Shown: positions 12,033-20,644 of the stretch, one piece after another
Layout of the letters: every line of letters begins with the position of its first letter
Numbering within the stretch: the stretch's first letter is position 1
Origin: Chitinophagaceae bacterium
GTDB lineage: Bacteria; Bacteroidota; Bacteroidia; Chitinophagales; Chitinophagaceae
Assembly (NCBI GenBank): GCA_037045195.1
Contig: JBAOIB010000002.1
Span: 232,023-296,022, forward strand
Length of the DNA: 64,000 nucleotides
Direction of reading: 5' to 3'
Notes under the pieces: generated by a model
What the model was told of the DNA's origin: nothing
The model's database searches: none
Seen by the model: the letters and a program-made list of their open reading frames with translations, nothing else
Made by a program: the position numbers and the translations under genes

Positions 12033-12327
12033 TAACAGCGCAACGTGGAAACCATCTAACGAGTCAAGCAGATTCTGCAGAAGATGATCAATAAAATTCG
12101 ATCTTTCTGCTCAACGATTTGAAAAAGCGGCTGATGCTACCAAGAAATGCCAAAAATGCTAAGTCTTTGGGTAATGGGGAGGAATGTTTTAGACAACCTA
12201 GTAAAGGGTGAAGCACTCGCTTCAATATTGAGCATGGCGAAGCAATGAGCAAGATACACAGGAGATACAGGCAAGGTGGCGATTTTGCGGACTTAAGTAT
12301 CTGGGATGGCTCCTAACGGGGCAGGCT
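12033..12327 (+). other. Coding-like but stop-riddled spacer between the RHS gene and the T9SS-tail ORF, probably a decayed gene remnant
   Basis: No forward-frame ORF exceeds about 40 codons. Base composition resembles the flanking coding DNA rather than the AT-rich intergenic DNA seen elsewhere. Short readable stretches occur in shifting frames, e.g. STRFNIEHGEAMSKIHRRYRQGGDFADLSIWDGS*. Confidence 0.35.
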
Positions 12328-14031
12328 ATGGGAACCGTTGATTTCGTCGTTGAAACAGTGACGGGCAAAGGGATTACAGCTCACACGGCAGACCTTGGTC
12401 AACATTTAGGTGATATTTCAGTTACCAGTGGTACGGAAATAGAAAATGATGCCTGGGAATATGCCTCTTCTAAGGGAAGAGGGAAAGATAGAATACAACG
12501 AATCAACAAATTGGATGAACTGGAAAGACTGAAACGAATAAGGGACTTTTTAAATAAGCAGGATTGTCCTCCTGATGGTGGAACGAAAATTAGATGTCGT
12601 ATAGGATGGGATCCCATTAGAAAAATGTGGGTTTTGCTTGCATTTGACCCCAACCTAATAACCGGCCCCGATGGTCAACCCGATAAAGCATGGGTAAGTG
12701 TGAATGACCGGCTGCCTTATACAATTGAGTTTGAAAATGATTCATCAGCTACTGCAAGAGCACGATATGTAAAAATAACATCGCCTATTGAACCTAAACA
12801 AGATCCAACCACTTTAGAGTTGGGTAGCTTCGGTTTCAACAATCAAAGCTTTGATATACCAGTTGGCAGCGCAGTTTATACAAACCGATTGGATACAAGA
12901 GATTCTACAGGCGTTTTTGTTGACATAACTGCCGGATATGATATTGTTAAGCATCAGATATTTTGGGAGTTTCAGGCTATAGACCCTGTTACATTATTAC
13001 CACCTGATGATCCCTTGGCTGGTTTCCTCTTTGTGAAAGACTCAGTGCAAGATATGTATGGAAAAGGATTTGTGAATTTCAGCATCAAACCCCGATCCGA
13101 TGCGCAAACATTGGACACCATTGGCGCCAGAGCATTTATTGTATTTGATGAAAATGATACCATACCTACTAATATTCATAAAAATACGATTGATGCAGTA
13201 GCACCTACAAGTCAGGTAAATACACTCACGGCATTGGGTACCAGCCCCATCAACCTGAGCTGGACCGGTAGCGATGACCCCAACGGTAGTGGCATTGACT
13301 ATTACACCATATATGTAACGGAAGATAATGTTAACTACAGTGTACTGTTCCCCAAAGTATATGGAACAGATACCACCTTCTCGCTGCCACCGGGCGTTAC
13401 CTATTGTTTCTTTGTACTGGCTACCGACCGTACCGGCAATGCCGAAACATTGCGGACAGGTGTAACTACTTGTACCACTATTGGCAATCCGCTACCTGTA
13501 TCGTTGTTATACTTCACGGGTACAAATGTAAATAAGGACAACCTGTTGAAGTGGGCAACTGCCAGCGAACAAAACTCTAAGGAGTTCAGATTAGAGCGTT
13601 CGCTCAACGGTACCGACTTTACGCAGATAGCAGTAGTGCCGGCAGCTGGCAACAGTGCTACCAATCGTGAGTACAACTATACCGACAGAAATATTGACCT
13701 GCTGAACAGTACGGTTATGTTCTACCGGCTGAAGCAAGTGGACAACGATCTGAATTTCAAATTCTCAAATATTGTACGCTTAAATTATCTGAAAGACGGA
13801 AGCAAACCATCCATTGTTTATCCTAACCCTACGGGTGGTGCCATTACAATATTAATTGGCGACAATAAACTGATAGGAACCGAAGCCAGTGTTTCCGATA
13901 TCAATGGCAGGTTGTTGAAGAAGTTCAAGATTACAGCCACCAGTCAGTCCGTTGATTTGTCAACTTATGTTGGAGGTGTTTATTTCATCAGGTTGCAAAA
14001 CAAAGAAACATTGAAGATTGTAAAACAATAA
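12328..14031 (+). CDS. Tail portion of a surface protein with a T9SS type-A C-terminal sorting domain. It has no N-terminal signal peptide, so it is possibly a gene fragment.
   Basis: Modules: AFDPNLITGPDG...LPYTIEFENDSSATARARYVKITSPI; an FN3-like block (PINLSWTGSDDPNGSGIDYYTIYVTEDNVNYS...); LPVSLLYFTG...EFRLERSLNGTDF...FYRLKQVDNDLNFKFSNIV; and a C-terminal VYPNPTGGAITI...DLSTYVGGVYFIRLQNKETLKIVKQ typical of Por/T9SS CTDs. The N terminus MGTVDFVVETVTGKGITAHTADLG is acidic/polar with no hydrophobic h-region. The frame is open only from 12232, and 12328 is the first ATG. Confidence 0.8.
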   Translation: MGTVDFVVETVTGKGITAHTADLGQHLGDISVTSGTEIENDAWEYASSKGRGKDRIQRINKLDELERLKRIRDFLNKQDCPPDGGTKIRCRIGWDPIRKMWVLLAFDPNLITGPDGQPDKAWVSVNDRLPYTIEFENDSSATARARYVKITSPIEPKQDPTTLELGSFGFNNQSFDIPVGSAVYTNRLDTRDSTGVFVDITAGYDIVKHQIFWEFQAIDPVTLLPPDDPLAGFLFVKDSVQDMYGKGFVNFSIKPRSDAQTLDTIGARAFIVFDENDTIPTNIHKNTIDAVAPTSQVNTLTALGTSPINLSWTGSDDPNGSGIDYYTIYVTEDNVNYSVLFPKVYGTDTTFSLPPGVTYCFFVLATDRTGNAETLRTGVTTCTTIGNPLPVSLLYFTGTNVNKDNLLKWATASEQNSKEFRLERSLNGTDFTQIAVVPAAGNSATNREYNYTDRNIDLLNSTVMFYRLKQVDNDLNFKFSNIVRLNYLKDGSKPSIVYPNPTGGAITILIGDNKLIGTEASVSDINGRLLKKFKITATSQSVDLSTYVGGVYFIRLQNKETLKIVKQ

Positions 14032-14055
14032 GCTCAAGGTTAATGTTGATAATAA

Positions 14056-14097
14056 AAGGCGGCTATTACCCATTGGTAATGCCGCCTTCTTTTTTGT
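14056..14097 (+). terminator. Rho-independent terminator after the T9SS-tail ORF
   Basis: AAGGCGGCtATTACCcattGGTAATGCCGCCTT hairpin (14056-14088) followed by CTTTTTTG. Confidence 0.8.
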
Positions 14098-14137
14098 TTT
14101 ACTTTTAGACAGACAATACTGCGTACTGAAATGAAAT

Positions 14138-14707
14138 CTATTTTACCTTCCCCCAGTTTTCTCCAATCTTTATCCGGTGTATCTGCATATCGCTTACCTT
14201 AAATTTTGTGGCAATCTTTTTCAGCGTATCACCTTTTGCCAGCATCTTTTTTATTGTCTGTACTTTGGCTACGGTTAGTTTACTATTGGTGCTGAAGCCG
14301 CCGTTTTTCATCATCTCCTTTCTTGCTTTTATCACAATCGGACTTTTTTGTTGCAATGCTGCCGACTCGGCAAAGCTTACCCATTTCAGGTTTTTATAAT
14401 GGTTATCTTTCTTATTAAAGTTTAAATGAGTTACAACTTTTTTTGCTGTACCGGCACTGGGTAGGAAATATTTTGCAACCAGCAAATGCATTAATATATG
14501 TTTATGCTCCCCATTTTCCTTGTATCGCCAAATGGGATATCCGGCTTGCAAACTGCCTTTTACAAATGATCCTTTTTTTATATCATTTGTAAACTTTACC
14601 AAACGACCATGATTGCTGATAGCATACTTTTCTCCATAAGCTGATCTACGACCTCTGATAACAGCCCATTTTTCGCCAGGTTGACTGGCAATCTTATTTG
14701 TTGTCAT
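14138..14707 (-). CDS. Free-standing homing-endonuclease-like protein (NUMOD4 motif + HNH_3-type nuclease + C-terminal HTH)
   Basis: GEKWAVIRGRRSAYGEKYAISNHGRLVKF matches the NUMOD4 pattern (E.W..I......Y.VSN.GRV). GYPIWRYKENGEHKHILMHLLVAKYFLP...VVTHLNFNKKDNHYKNLKWVS matches the HNH_3 pattern (H...N..DN...NL.W). The C-terminal KLTVAKVQTIKKMLAKGDTLKKIATKFKVSDMQIHRIKIGENWGKV is HTH-like. Confidence 0.75.
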   Translation of the reverse strand: MTTNKIASQPGEKWAVIRGRRSAYGEKYAISNHGRLVKFTNDIKKGSFVKGSLQAGYPIWRYKENGEHKHILMHLLVAKYFLPSAGTAKKVVTHLNFNKKDNHYKNLKWVSFAESAALQQKSPIVIKARKEMMKNGGFSTNSKLTVAKVQTIKKMLAKGDTLKKIATKFKVSDMQIHRIKIGENWGKVK

Positions 14708-14724
14708 TTTTGTTCTGTTTTATT

Positions 14725-15807
14725 TTATTTAATATCATAATCCACCACTACCTTTTCGGTTTGTGGATGACTTTGACAGGTAAGTATATAACCATTATCT
14801 ACTTCTTCGTCTTCAAGTCCCCAGTGTACATCCATTGCTACTTTACCTTCAATCAGTTTTGCCTTGCAAGTACAACACATGCCTCCTTTGCAGGCAAAAG
14901 GTAGATCTGCACCTTGTGCTAATGCAGCATCTAAGATAGTCAGTTTGCTGTTCTGCGGAATATAAAAATCAAAACTTCTGCCATCTACTTTAATAGTGAT
15001 GCTGCTTTGTGCGGCATGTTCATTCTTTTCTGTTTGATTTATTTCTATTTCCGGCTTTTGTTTTCCTTGAGTAGAAAACAATTCAAAATGAATCTGCTTC
15101 TTGCTAAATCCTTTTTGTAGAAAAAAATCTCTCGCAGTAAAAATCAATGCTTCTGGCCCACAGATAAATACATCGTCAATACCATCATAGTTAATCAGCT
15201 TCTCTAGAGCTATAAGTTTGTCAGCATCAATTCTGCCATTATTGATTGAGGTATCTGTACGTTCACGACTTAGTACATGAATAAGAGTAAAGCGGTTGAG
15301 AAATTTATTTTTTAACCCTTCCAGTTCTTCAAGAAAAATAATGGACTGATGGTTGCGATTGCCATATACCAGAGTAAAACGGCTATGCGGCTCGGTACGC
15401 AAGGTTGTTTTGATAATGGATAGTACAGGCGTGATGCCGCTGCCCGCTGCCAAAGCCAGATAATGTTTTTTATTTTCCTGCCTTAATTCAGTGTTGAACT
15501 TGCCTACCGGCTCCATTACATCCAGCGTATCGCCTGCTTTTAACTCGGTATTTGCATAAGTAGAAAAAAGACCATAATCCGCTTTTTTAACAGCCACTTT
15601 CCATTCATTATCTAATGGTGAACTACAAAGAGAATATGTTCTTCTTACTTCCTCTCCGTTCAAAATATTTTTCATGGTCAGGCTTTGTCCCTGTGTATAT
15701 TGAAAGACTTTTTTTAAATCTTCGGGTATGTTGAATGTAATTGAAACACAATCGGTAGTTTCTTGTTCAACAGCAGCAACAGTAAGCTTGTGAAAATGCA
15801 CAGACAT
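14725..15807 (-). CDS. PaaE-like ferredoxin-NAD(P) reductase with a C-terminal plant-type 2Fe-2S ferredoxin domain
   Basis: FAD-binding RRTYSL motif, NAD-binding LALAAGSGITP, and a C-terminal CKGGMCCTCKAKL...TC cysteine cluster. Confidence 0.8.
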   Translation of the reverse strand: MSVHFHKLTVAAVEQETTDCVSITFNIPEDLKKVFQYTQGQSLTMKNILNGEEVRRTYSLCSSPLDNEWKVAVKKADYGLFSTYANTELKAGDTLDVMEPVGKFNTELRQENKKHYLALAAGSGITPVLSIIKTTLRTEPHSRFTLVYGNRNHQSIIFLEELEGLKNKFLNRFTLIHVLSRERTDTSINNGRIDADKLIALEKLINYDGIDDVFICGPEALIFTARDFFLQKGFSKKQIHFELFSTQGKQKPEIEINQTEKNEHAAQSSITIKVDGRSFDFYIPQNSKLTILDAALAQGADLPFACKGGMCCTCKAKLIEGKVAMDVHWGLEDEEVDNGYILTCQSHPQTEKVVVDYDIK

Positions 15808-15812
15808 AATAA

Positions 15813-16406
15813 TTATTTCTTAAGGCCATTAATTAGCAAGGCTACCATATTGTCCTCTATCGTTTGGGGAGCAATTTTTTTTGCACTACGGTGCCAAAAC
15901 TCTAAACCTCTTACCGAGGAAAGTATCGTAAGCATAGTAACATAGGGCAATACAGGTTTCAATTCTTTATTATCAACACCTTCCTGTATTATCAATTCCA
16001 TCTTTTGTACATAATTTCGCCTTTGTGAAATAAAGTCAGTAAGGTAAGGTTCACTAAGGTGCGACCACTCATTTATCATAACTGTATAGTCATTAAAACG
16101 ATTCAACATCATCTGTACATGAAAACGAATGAGTGATTCAAGTTTTTGAATGCTTGAAAGCTGGGTTTCTGCCAAACCGTTCAAGTGTACATTGCAATCA
16201 TTTGCTGTGCGATAAATTATCTCTTGAAGAATTTCTGATTTTGATTGAATGTGATTGTACAAACTTGCGGCTTCAATACCTACAACCTCTGCAAGATCTC
16301 GCATGGAAGTAGCAGGGAATCCCCTTTCTCTTATCATCCCTGAAGCTTTAAGGATGATTAAATCTTTTTTAGAAGCTTTCTTTCTTTTTGTTTCGGGCAT
16401 GGCCAA
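15813..16406 (-). CDS. TetR/AcrR-family transcriptional regulator
   Basis: N-terminal HTH ERGFPATSMRDLAEVVGIEAASLYNHIQSKSEIL. Size ~200 aa. Confidence 0.85.
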   Translation of the reverse strand: MAMPETKRKKASKKDLIILKASGMIRERGFPATSMRDLAEVVGIEAASLYNHIQSKSEILQEIIYRTANDCNVHLNGLAETQLSSIQKLESLIRFHVQMMLNRFNDYTVMINEWSHLSEPYLTDFISQRRNYVQKMELIIQEGVDNKELKPVLPYVTMLTILSSVRGLEFWHRSAKKIAPQTIEDNMVALLINGLKK

Positions 16407-16425
16407 AGATACAAAACGATTCTGC

Positions 16426-16968
16426 TTACTGCTTTAACGGTTTGCTGTATTCTTTTTTGGGTGGAATTCGAATTGCATCACTTAAATCTGGCTTTATCAT
16501 TTGAGCAATACTTTTATTGCCTTCATTTCCAAAAAAAGTCCAGAAGCTGCCTCCATCCCAGGATTGACCTATTAGTGAGGATGTAGTATAGATTAAAAGC
16601 CCATTCATTTCTAAAACTGAGTTTAAAGATAATACCGCCTGCCATTCATTGGCAGTTTTTACAATTTGTAAAATGGAATCTGCCTGATATTTTTTCCATG
16701 CACCTTCAGGTATTTTGGCAAAATTGCCTGCCACTACTATTTTATAGGGCTCATTCCCGCCCATAGAAGCAATCATTGCCGGATTGCTGTATCGTATAAA
16801 TTGATCCCAGTCCTTTTTCATAAAAGCTTCTGTAAAACTGTCGGCACAGCTGTGCAACTTTTGTCGCATCCATAGAGTATCTGCTTGAGCTTTTGTCTGT
16901 AATGAAAAATACAGTAAAAAGGGTACTAACATTTTCATTTGCTTCATAATTGAAGTATTACTTCTCAA
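16426..16968 (-). CDS. Hypothetical exported protein
   Basis: Signal peptide MKQMKMLVPFLLYFSLQTKAQA. No family recognised. Sits 19 nt upstream of the TetR gene on the same strand. Confidence 0.55.
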   Translation of the reverse strand: MRSNTSIMKQMKMLVPFLLYFSLQTKAQADTLWMRQKLHSCADSFTEAFMKKDWDQFIRYSNPAMIASMGGNEPYKIVVAGNFAKIPEGAWKKYQADSILQIVKTANEWQAVLSLNSVLEMNGLLIYTTSSLIGQSWDGGSFWTFFGNEGNKSIAQMIKPDLSDAIRIPPKKEYSKPLKQ

Positions 16969-17117
16969 AAATACAAAAGGCTTTTATAGACTGGTAATTT
17001 TCATGTAGGTTTGCGGGGCTTTCCGCCAATAAATTATTGGTGAATCAAAACCGATAATATCTGAAACAACCTAAAAATTAGCAGCTTTTATTAATTTTAA
17101 ACCGCAACAATAAAACT

Positions 17118-18041
17118 ATGTCGCTTATCACCGTTGGCACTATGGCTTTTGATGCTATTGAAACTCCATTTGGAAAAACCGATAAAATAGTAGGAGGATC
17201 TGCACTCTATGTGGCTTATGCTGCAAGTAATTTTGTAAAGCCTGTTCAGCAAATTTCTATTGTGGGGTTTGATTTTCCAGAGGAGGAAATGCAGGATTTG
17301 CGTAGTCGAGGTGTTCATCTTGATGGTGTCGAAATTGTAAAAGACAAGAAATCATTTTTCTGGAGTGGTCGTTATCATGCTGATATGAACAGCCGGGATA
17401 CTTTGGTTACGGACTTAAATGTACTGGCTGATTTTGATCCACAGGTACCCGACAGCTATCAGGGATCTGAATTTTTAATGCTGGGAAATCTGCACCCACT
17501 TACACAGCTCAATGTTATTCAAGAATTGAAGCAAAGACCCAAGCTGATTGCAATGGACACCATGAACTTTTGGATGGAATCGGCAATGAGTGATTTGAAA
17601 ATTGTTTTGCGTTATGTAGATATGCTCATCATTAATGATGCTGAAGCCCGTCAGTTAACCGGATTATTTTCTTTGGTAAAAGCAGCTAAAGCCATTCTGG
17701 AAATGGGACCAAAATATCTTATTATTAAAAAAGGAGAACACGGCGCTTTGCTTTTTCATGAGGATAATGTTTTTTATGCTCCGGCACTTCCTTTGGAAGA
17801 TGTATTTGACCCTACCGGTGCTGGCGATACTTTTGCAGGAGGCTTTATGGGATATCTTGCCAAATCAGGCGATACCAGTTTCGAAAATATGAAGCGAGGC
17901 ATTATCGTAGGATCTGCAATGGCTAGTTTTTGTGTTGAAAAATTTGGAGTTACACGCCTTAAAGAAATTACTAAACCCGAAATAGATAACCGAATAAGGT
18001 TGTTTAAAGAGTTGGTTAGTTTTGAGATAGAACTGGTCTAG
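17118..18041 (+). CDS. PfkB-family carbohydrate/nucleoside kinase
   Basis: PfkB signature DPTGAGDTFAGGFMGYL near the C terminus. ~307 aa. Confidence 0.8.
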   Translation: MSLITVGTMAFDAIETPFGKTDKIVGGSALYVAYAASNFVKPVQQISIVGFDFPEEEMQDLRSRGVHLDGVEIVKDKKSFFWSGRYHADMNSRDTLVTDLNVLADFDPQVPDSYQGSEFLMLGNLHPLTQLNVIQELKQRPKLIAMDTMNFWMESAMSDLKIVLRYVDMLIINDAEARQLTGLFSLVKAAKAILEMGPKYLIIKKGEHGALLFHEDNVFYAPALPLEDVFDPTGAGDTFAGGFMGYLAKSGDTSFENMKRGIIVGSAMASFCVEKFGVTRLKEITKPEIDNRIRLFKELVSFEIELV

Positions 18042-18096
18042 TCTATACTTCCTTTTCAAATTGAAATTACACTTTAGAAAGGAGCAGGTATTTCAG

Positions 18097-18792
18097 CTAT
18101 TGATTATTACTTTCGGCTTCATTATTTACAGCTGCTACTTCAGCTGTTACGGCTTCATCAATTACCGGTTTGCTTTCATTTGAAAAACTTAATGTGGGCT
18201 GTTCATCCGCAGGCAATCTGTTGCAAAGCGGAACCAATAATGTGGCTGCCAAATCAAGTACCAAAGAAGCTACACCTCCTTTTAGCATTGTTTGATTACC
18301 TAAAATAGAAGTAAATCCGTTGCCTGTTCCAAAAATATTAATGATAACTATAAATGAAAAAATGGAGATGAATATAGTGGCACTGGTGCGGGCAGTATGT
18401 GCATGTTTATTGAGAAGAGTGAAATGATGTAACAACGAAATATGCCCTAATGCAATGGATGCTATAAAGAGTGAAGCAGCGAGTTTTGCAATACTTGCAT
18501 CATCGTTTATTCCTGCAAAGATTAATATCAATGTAATCAAAAAAGCAACTGATGAAACTATCATGGTTGCATTTCCCAATCCTTTGTATATTGGTTTTTC
18601 TGCAACTACATAGCCAATTGCAGCAGGTATTCCGAAATATATAAATGAAATACAAATAAGAAAGATTTTGGCAGTAATATCTCCGGTAGCCATACCAAAA
18701 GAATCTCCTGCTAATACTGTTAATGCGCCGATAGTGCCTGCAACAATTATGGCAATGATTAAACTTCGGATTGCTGATGTTGTATTCTTCAT
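18097..18792 (-). CDS. Hypothetical multi-pass membrane protein
   Basis: Six or so hydrophobic segments (e.g. LIIAIIVAGTIGALTVLAG, IFLICISFIYFGIPAAIGYVV). No family recognised. Confidence 0.55.
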   Translation of the reverse strand: MKNTTSAIRSLIIAIIVAGTIGALTVLAGDSFGMATGDITAKIFLICISFIYFGIPAAIGYVVAEKPIYKGLGNATMIVSSVAFLITLILIFAGINDDASIAKLAASLFIASIALGHISLLHHFTLLNKHAHTARTSATIFISIFSFIVIINIFGTGNGFTSILGNQTMLKGGVASLVLDLAATLLVPLCNRLPADEQPTLSFSNESKPVIDEAVTAEVAAVNNEAESNNQ

Positions 18793-18802
18793 TTATTTGG
18801 CT

Positions 18803-20503
18803 TTATAATTTTCGGGCAAGTACAATTGTGTTTTTAAATTGTTTCTTTTTCCCTTGCAGGTTAAAAATTTCGGTGAAGATAAGGTAAGTGCCGGTAGGTA
18901 ATTTGCTTCCTTTATCATTCAATCCATCCCAGTTCCAGTATCCGGTCAGCCCCATGATTCCGTTTCTTACCAACTGACGTACAGGTCTGCCTGCTGCATC
19001 ATATATTACTATGTTGGCAACATAGCCCGGCTCAGTAATTTTATATTGAATGGATGCGACATCATTATAGCCATCATTATCAGGAGAAAATACTTTTGGG
19101 GTTATTGCTATGGTAGCGTCTATTGCATCAATTTGTTTGTACTGCGAGTTTTTATAGGTAGGTGTACCATAGCCGGCTGTAGATGCAGCACTATGCCAGT
19201 TATTTTCATTTTGCGAATTTTCATTTGCATCTATTCTTTCTAAAGCAACACCTTCGGCATTATCTATTAGTTTGAAATGCCAATCATCTTTGTATTTCAC
19301 TTCATCCACTACATCACCCTGAAAGTTCAGTGCAATGATATTGCCTTCATCATCAGGATAAGATGGCATGGGCGATACGGTTAATACATTTTCCTGATGC
19401 AAAACAAGATAGTTCAATGTAAGACTGGCAACATCGTCGGTGGCAACTATATAATCACCCGGAAAAACCAGCCAAGGCACATTGCTTAATGGTTTGATAG
19501 AGCTGATAACGCCGGAGCTGTTTCGGTTGGCTATATAAAGTTTTGATGCATCAAATATTTTATTGCTTTTATTGTAAAGCTCAACATAGTCGTATGCATT
19601 AGGTTTTGGATTAAACAGAAATTCATTAAGAATCCAATCACCTGCCAATGCATCAGTAGCTAAGCCTGTTTTTACTTTACTGCTATTGCTAATGGTGTTG
19701 CCTTTACAATCTTTTACTCCGGAAACAGTGATTGTGTAAACTGTATTAATGTTGAGCGGTATCGTCGTCTTTATTTGTACCATATTAAATAAAGGGGCAA
19801 TGGTGGTGGCATTCAGCAAAACCAGTCCACCATCAATAGAATAATTACTTAGCGTTGCACCGCTTATGCTGTCAACCGGCTCATCAAACACAACCATGAT
19901 GGTTGTATTATCAACTGTATATGCGTTTTTAATTTTGGGTAGTGTATTATCGGTATTTACTCCATCAATAGAATTTTTCTTTCCGGGTGTACCACCGGTT
20001 GGGCTTACACTTGCTTTCCAATTATTGCTGCCGGCACAGGGGCTTTGGGTATCAATCATCTCAAGCGTCCATCCGCCATCTTTCTTCAATTCATTTTGAT
20101 ACCAGGCTGAAGTATAACTTACTGCATGAATAATTTTTCCATTGAGTGCTTTTAGGAAAATAGTTTCACCATCATTATCCAAAGAGGGAAAACTGGTAAC
20201 TGAAATAGTATTACCAAATACCGATAATGCGGCTACTGCACTACTGGTACATACAATGACCATACTATCAGGTTGTAAGGTAAAATTGGGCATGGCACCG
20301 CTTTGTCCGCTGCCATCTGCAATTCGCCAACCTTGTAAATTGATGGATGCTGCTGTTGTATTGCGCAGTTCAATCCATTCATTATTGGGCAAGCCTACCA
20401 GTGGAGTAGGGTCGGCCATTATTTCGTCGATCACGACATCGTACCTGTTTTGCGAAAAGGTAAGTGTAGGAGCCAAGAGTATTAAAAACAATAAGACTTT
20501 CAC
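18803..20503 (-). CDS. Lamin-tail-domain (LTD) surface protein with a T9SS type-B (gliding-motility C-terminal) sorting domain
   Basis: Signal peptide MKVLLFLILLAPTLTFSQ. Two LTD-like blocks (VVIDEIMADP...NNEWIELRNT...LQGWRIADG and WILNEFLFNPKPNAYDYVELYNKS). C-terminal FSPDNDGYNDV...IVIYDAAGRPVRQL...WNWDGLNDKGSKLPTGTYL... Confidence 0.75.
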   Translation of the reverse strand: MKVLLFLILLAPTLTFSQNRYDVVIDEIMADPTPLVGLPNNEWIELRNTTAASINLQGWRIADGSGQSGAMPNFTLQPDSMVIVCTSSAVAALSVFGNTISVTSFPSLDNDGETIFLKALNGKIIHAVSYTSAWYQNELKKDGGWTLEMIDTQSPCAGSNNWKASVSPTGGTPGKKNSIDGVNTDNTLPKIKNAYTVDNTTIMVVFDEPVDSISGATLSNYSIDGGLVLLNATTIAPLFNMVQIKTTIPLNINTVYTITVSGVKDCKGNTISNSSKVKTGLATDALAGDWILNEFLFNPKPNAYDYVELYNKSNKIFDASKLYIANRNSSGVISSIKPLSNVPWLVFPGDYIVATDDVASLTLNYLVLHQENVLTVSPMPSYPDDEGNIIALNFQGDVVDEVKYKDDWHFKLIDNAEGVALERIDANENSQNENNWHSAASTAGYGTPTYKNSQYKQIDAIDATIAITPKVFSPDNDGYNDVASIQYKITEPGYVANIVIYDAAGRPVRQLVRNGIMGLTGYWNWDGLNDKGSKLPTGTYLIFTEIFNLQGKKKQFKNTIVLARKL

Positions 20504-20644
20504 AGCCTTAAGTTAGAAAATGATTCAGTTATTTTGATATTATTTTTTCAGTATTTTTTGGTGATCAGGAAATCGACTATTACTTTTACTCCCTAAATGA
20601 AAATGAACAACATAAAACGCTCAAATAAACAGTTCTTCTAATGA

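Noticed and set aside
11800-12087. 95-aa ORF overlapping the RHS 3' end, considered as a candidate immunity gene
   Set aside because: It lies mostly inside the RHS core in an alternative frame, has a W/G/M-rich odd composition, and has no start or signal features. It is most likely a shadow ORF.
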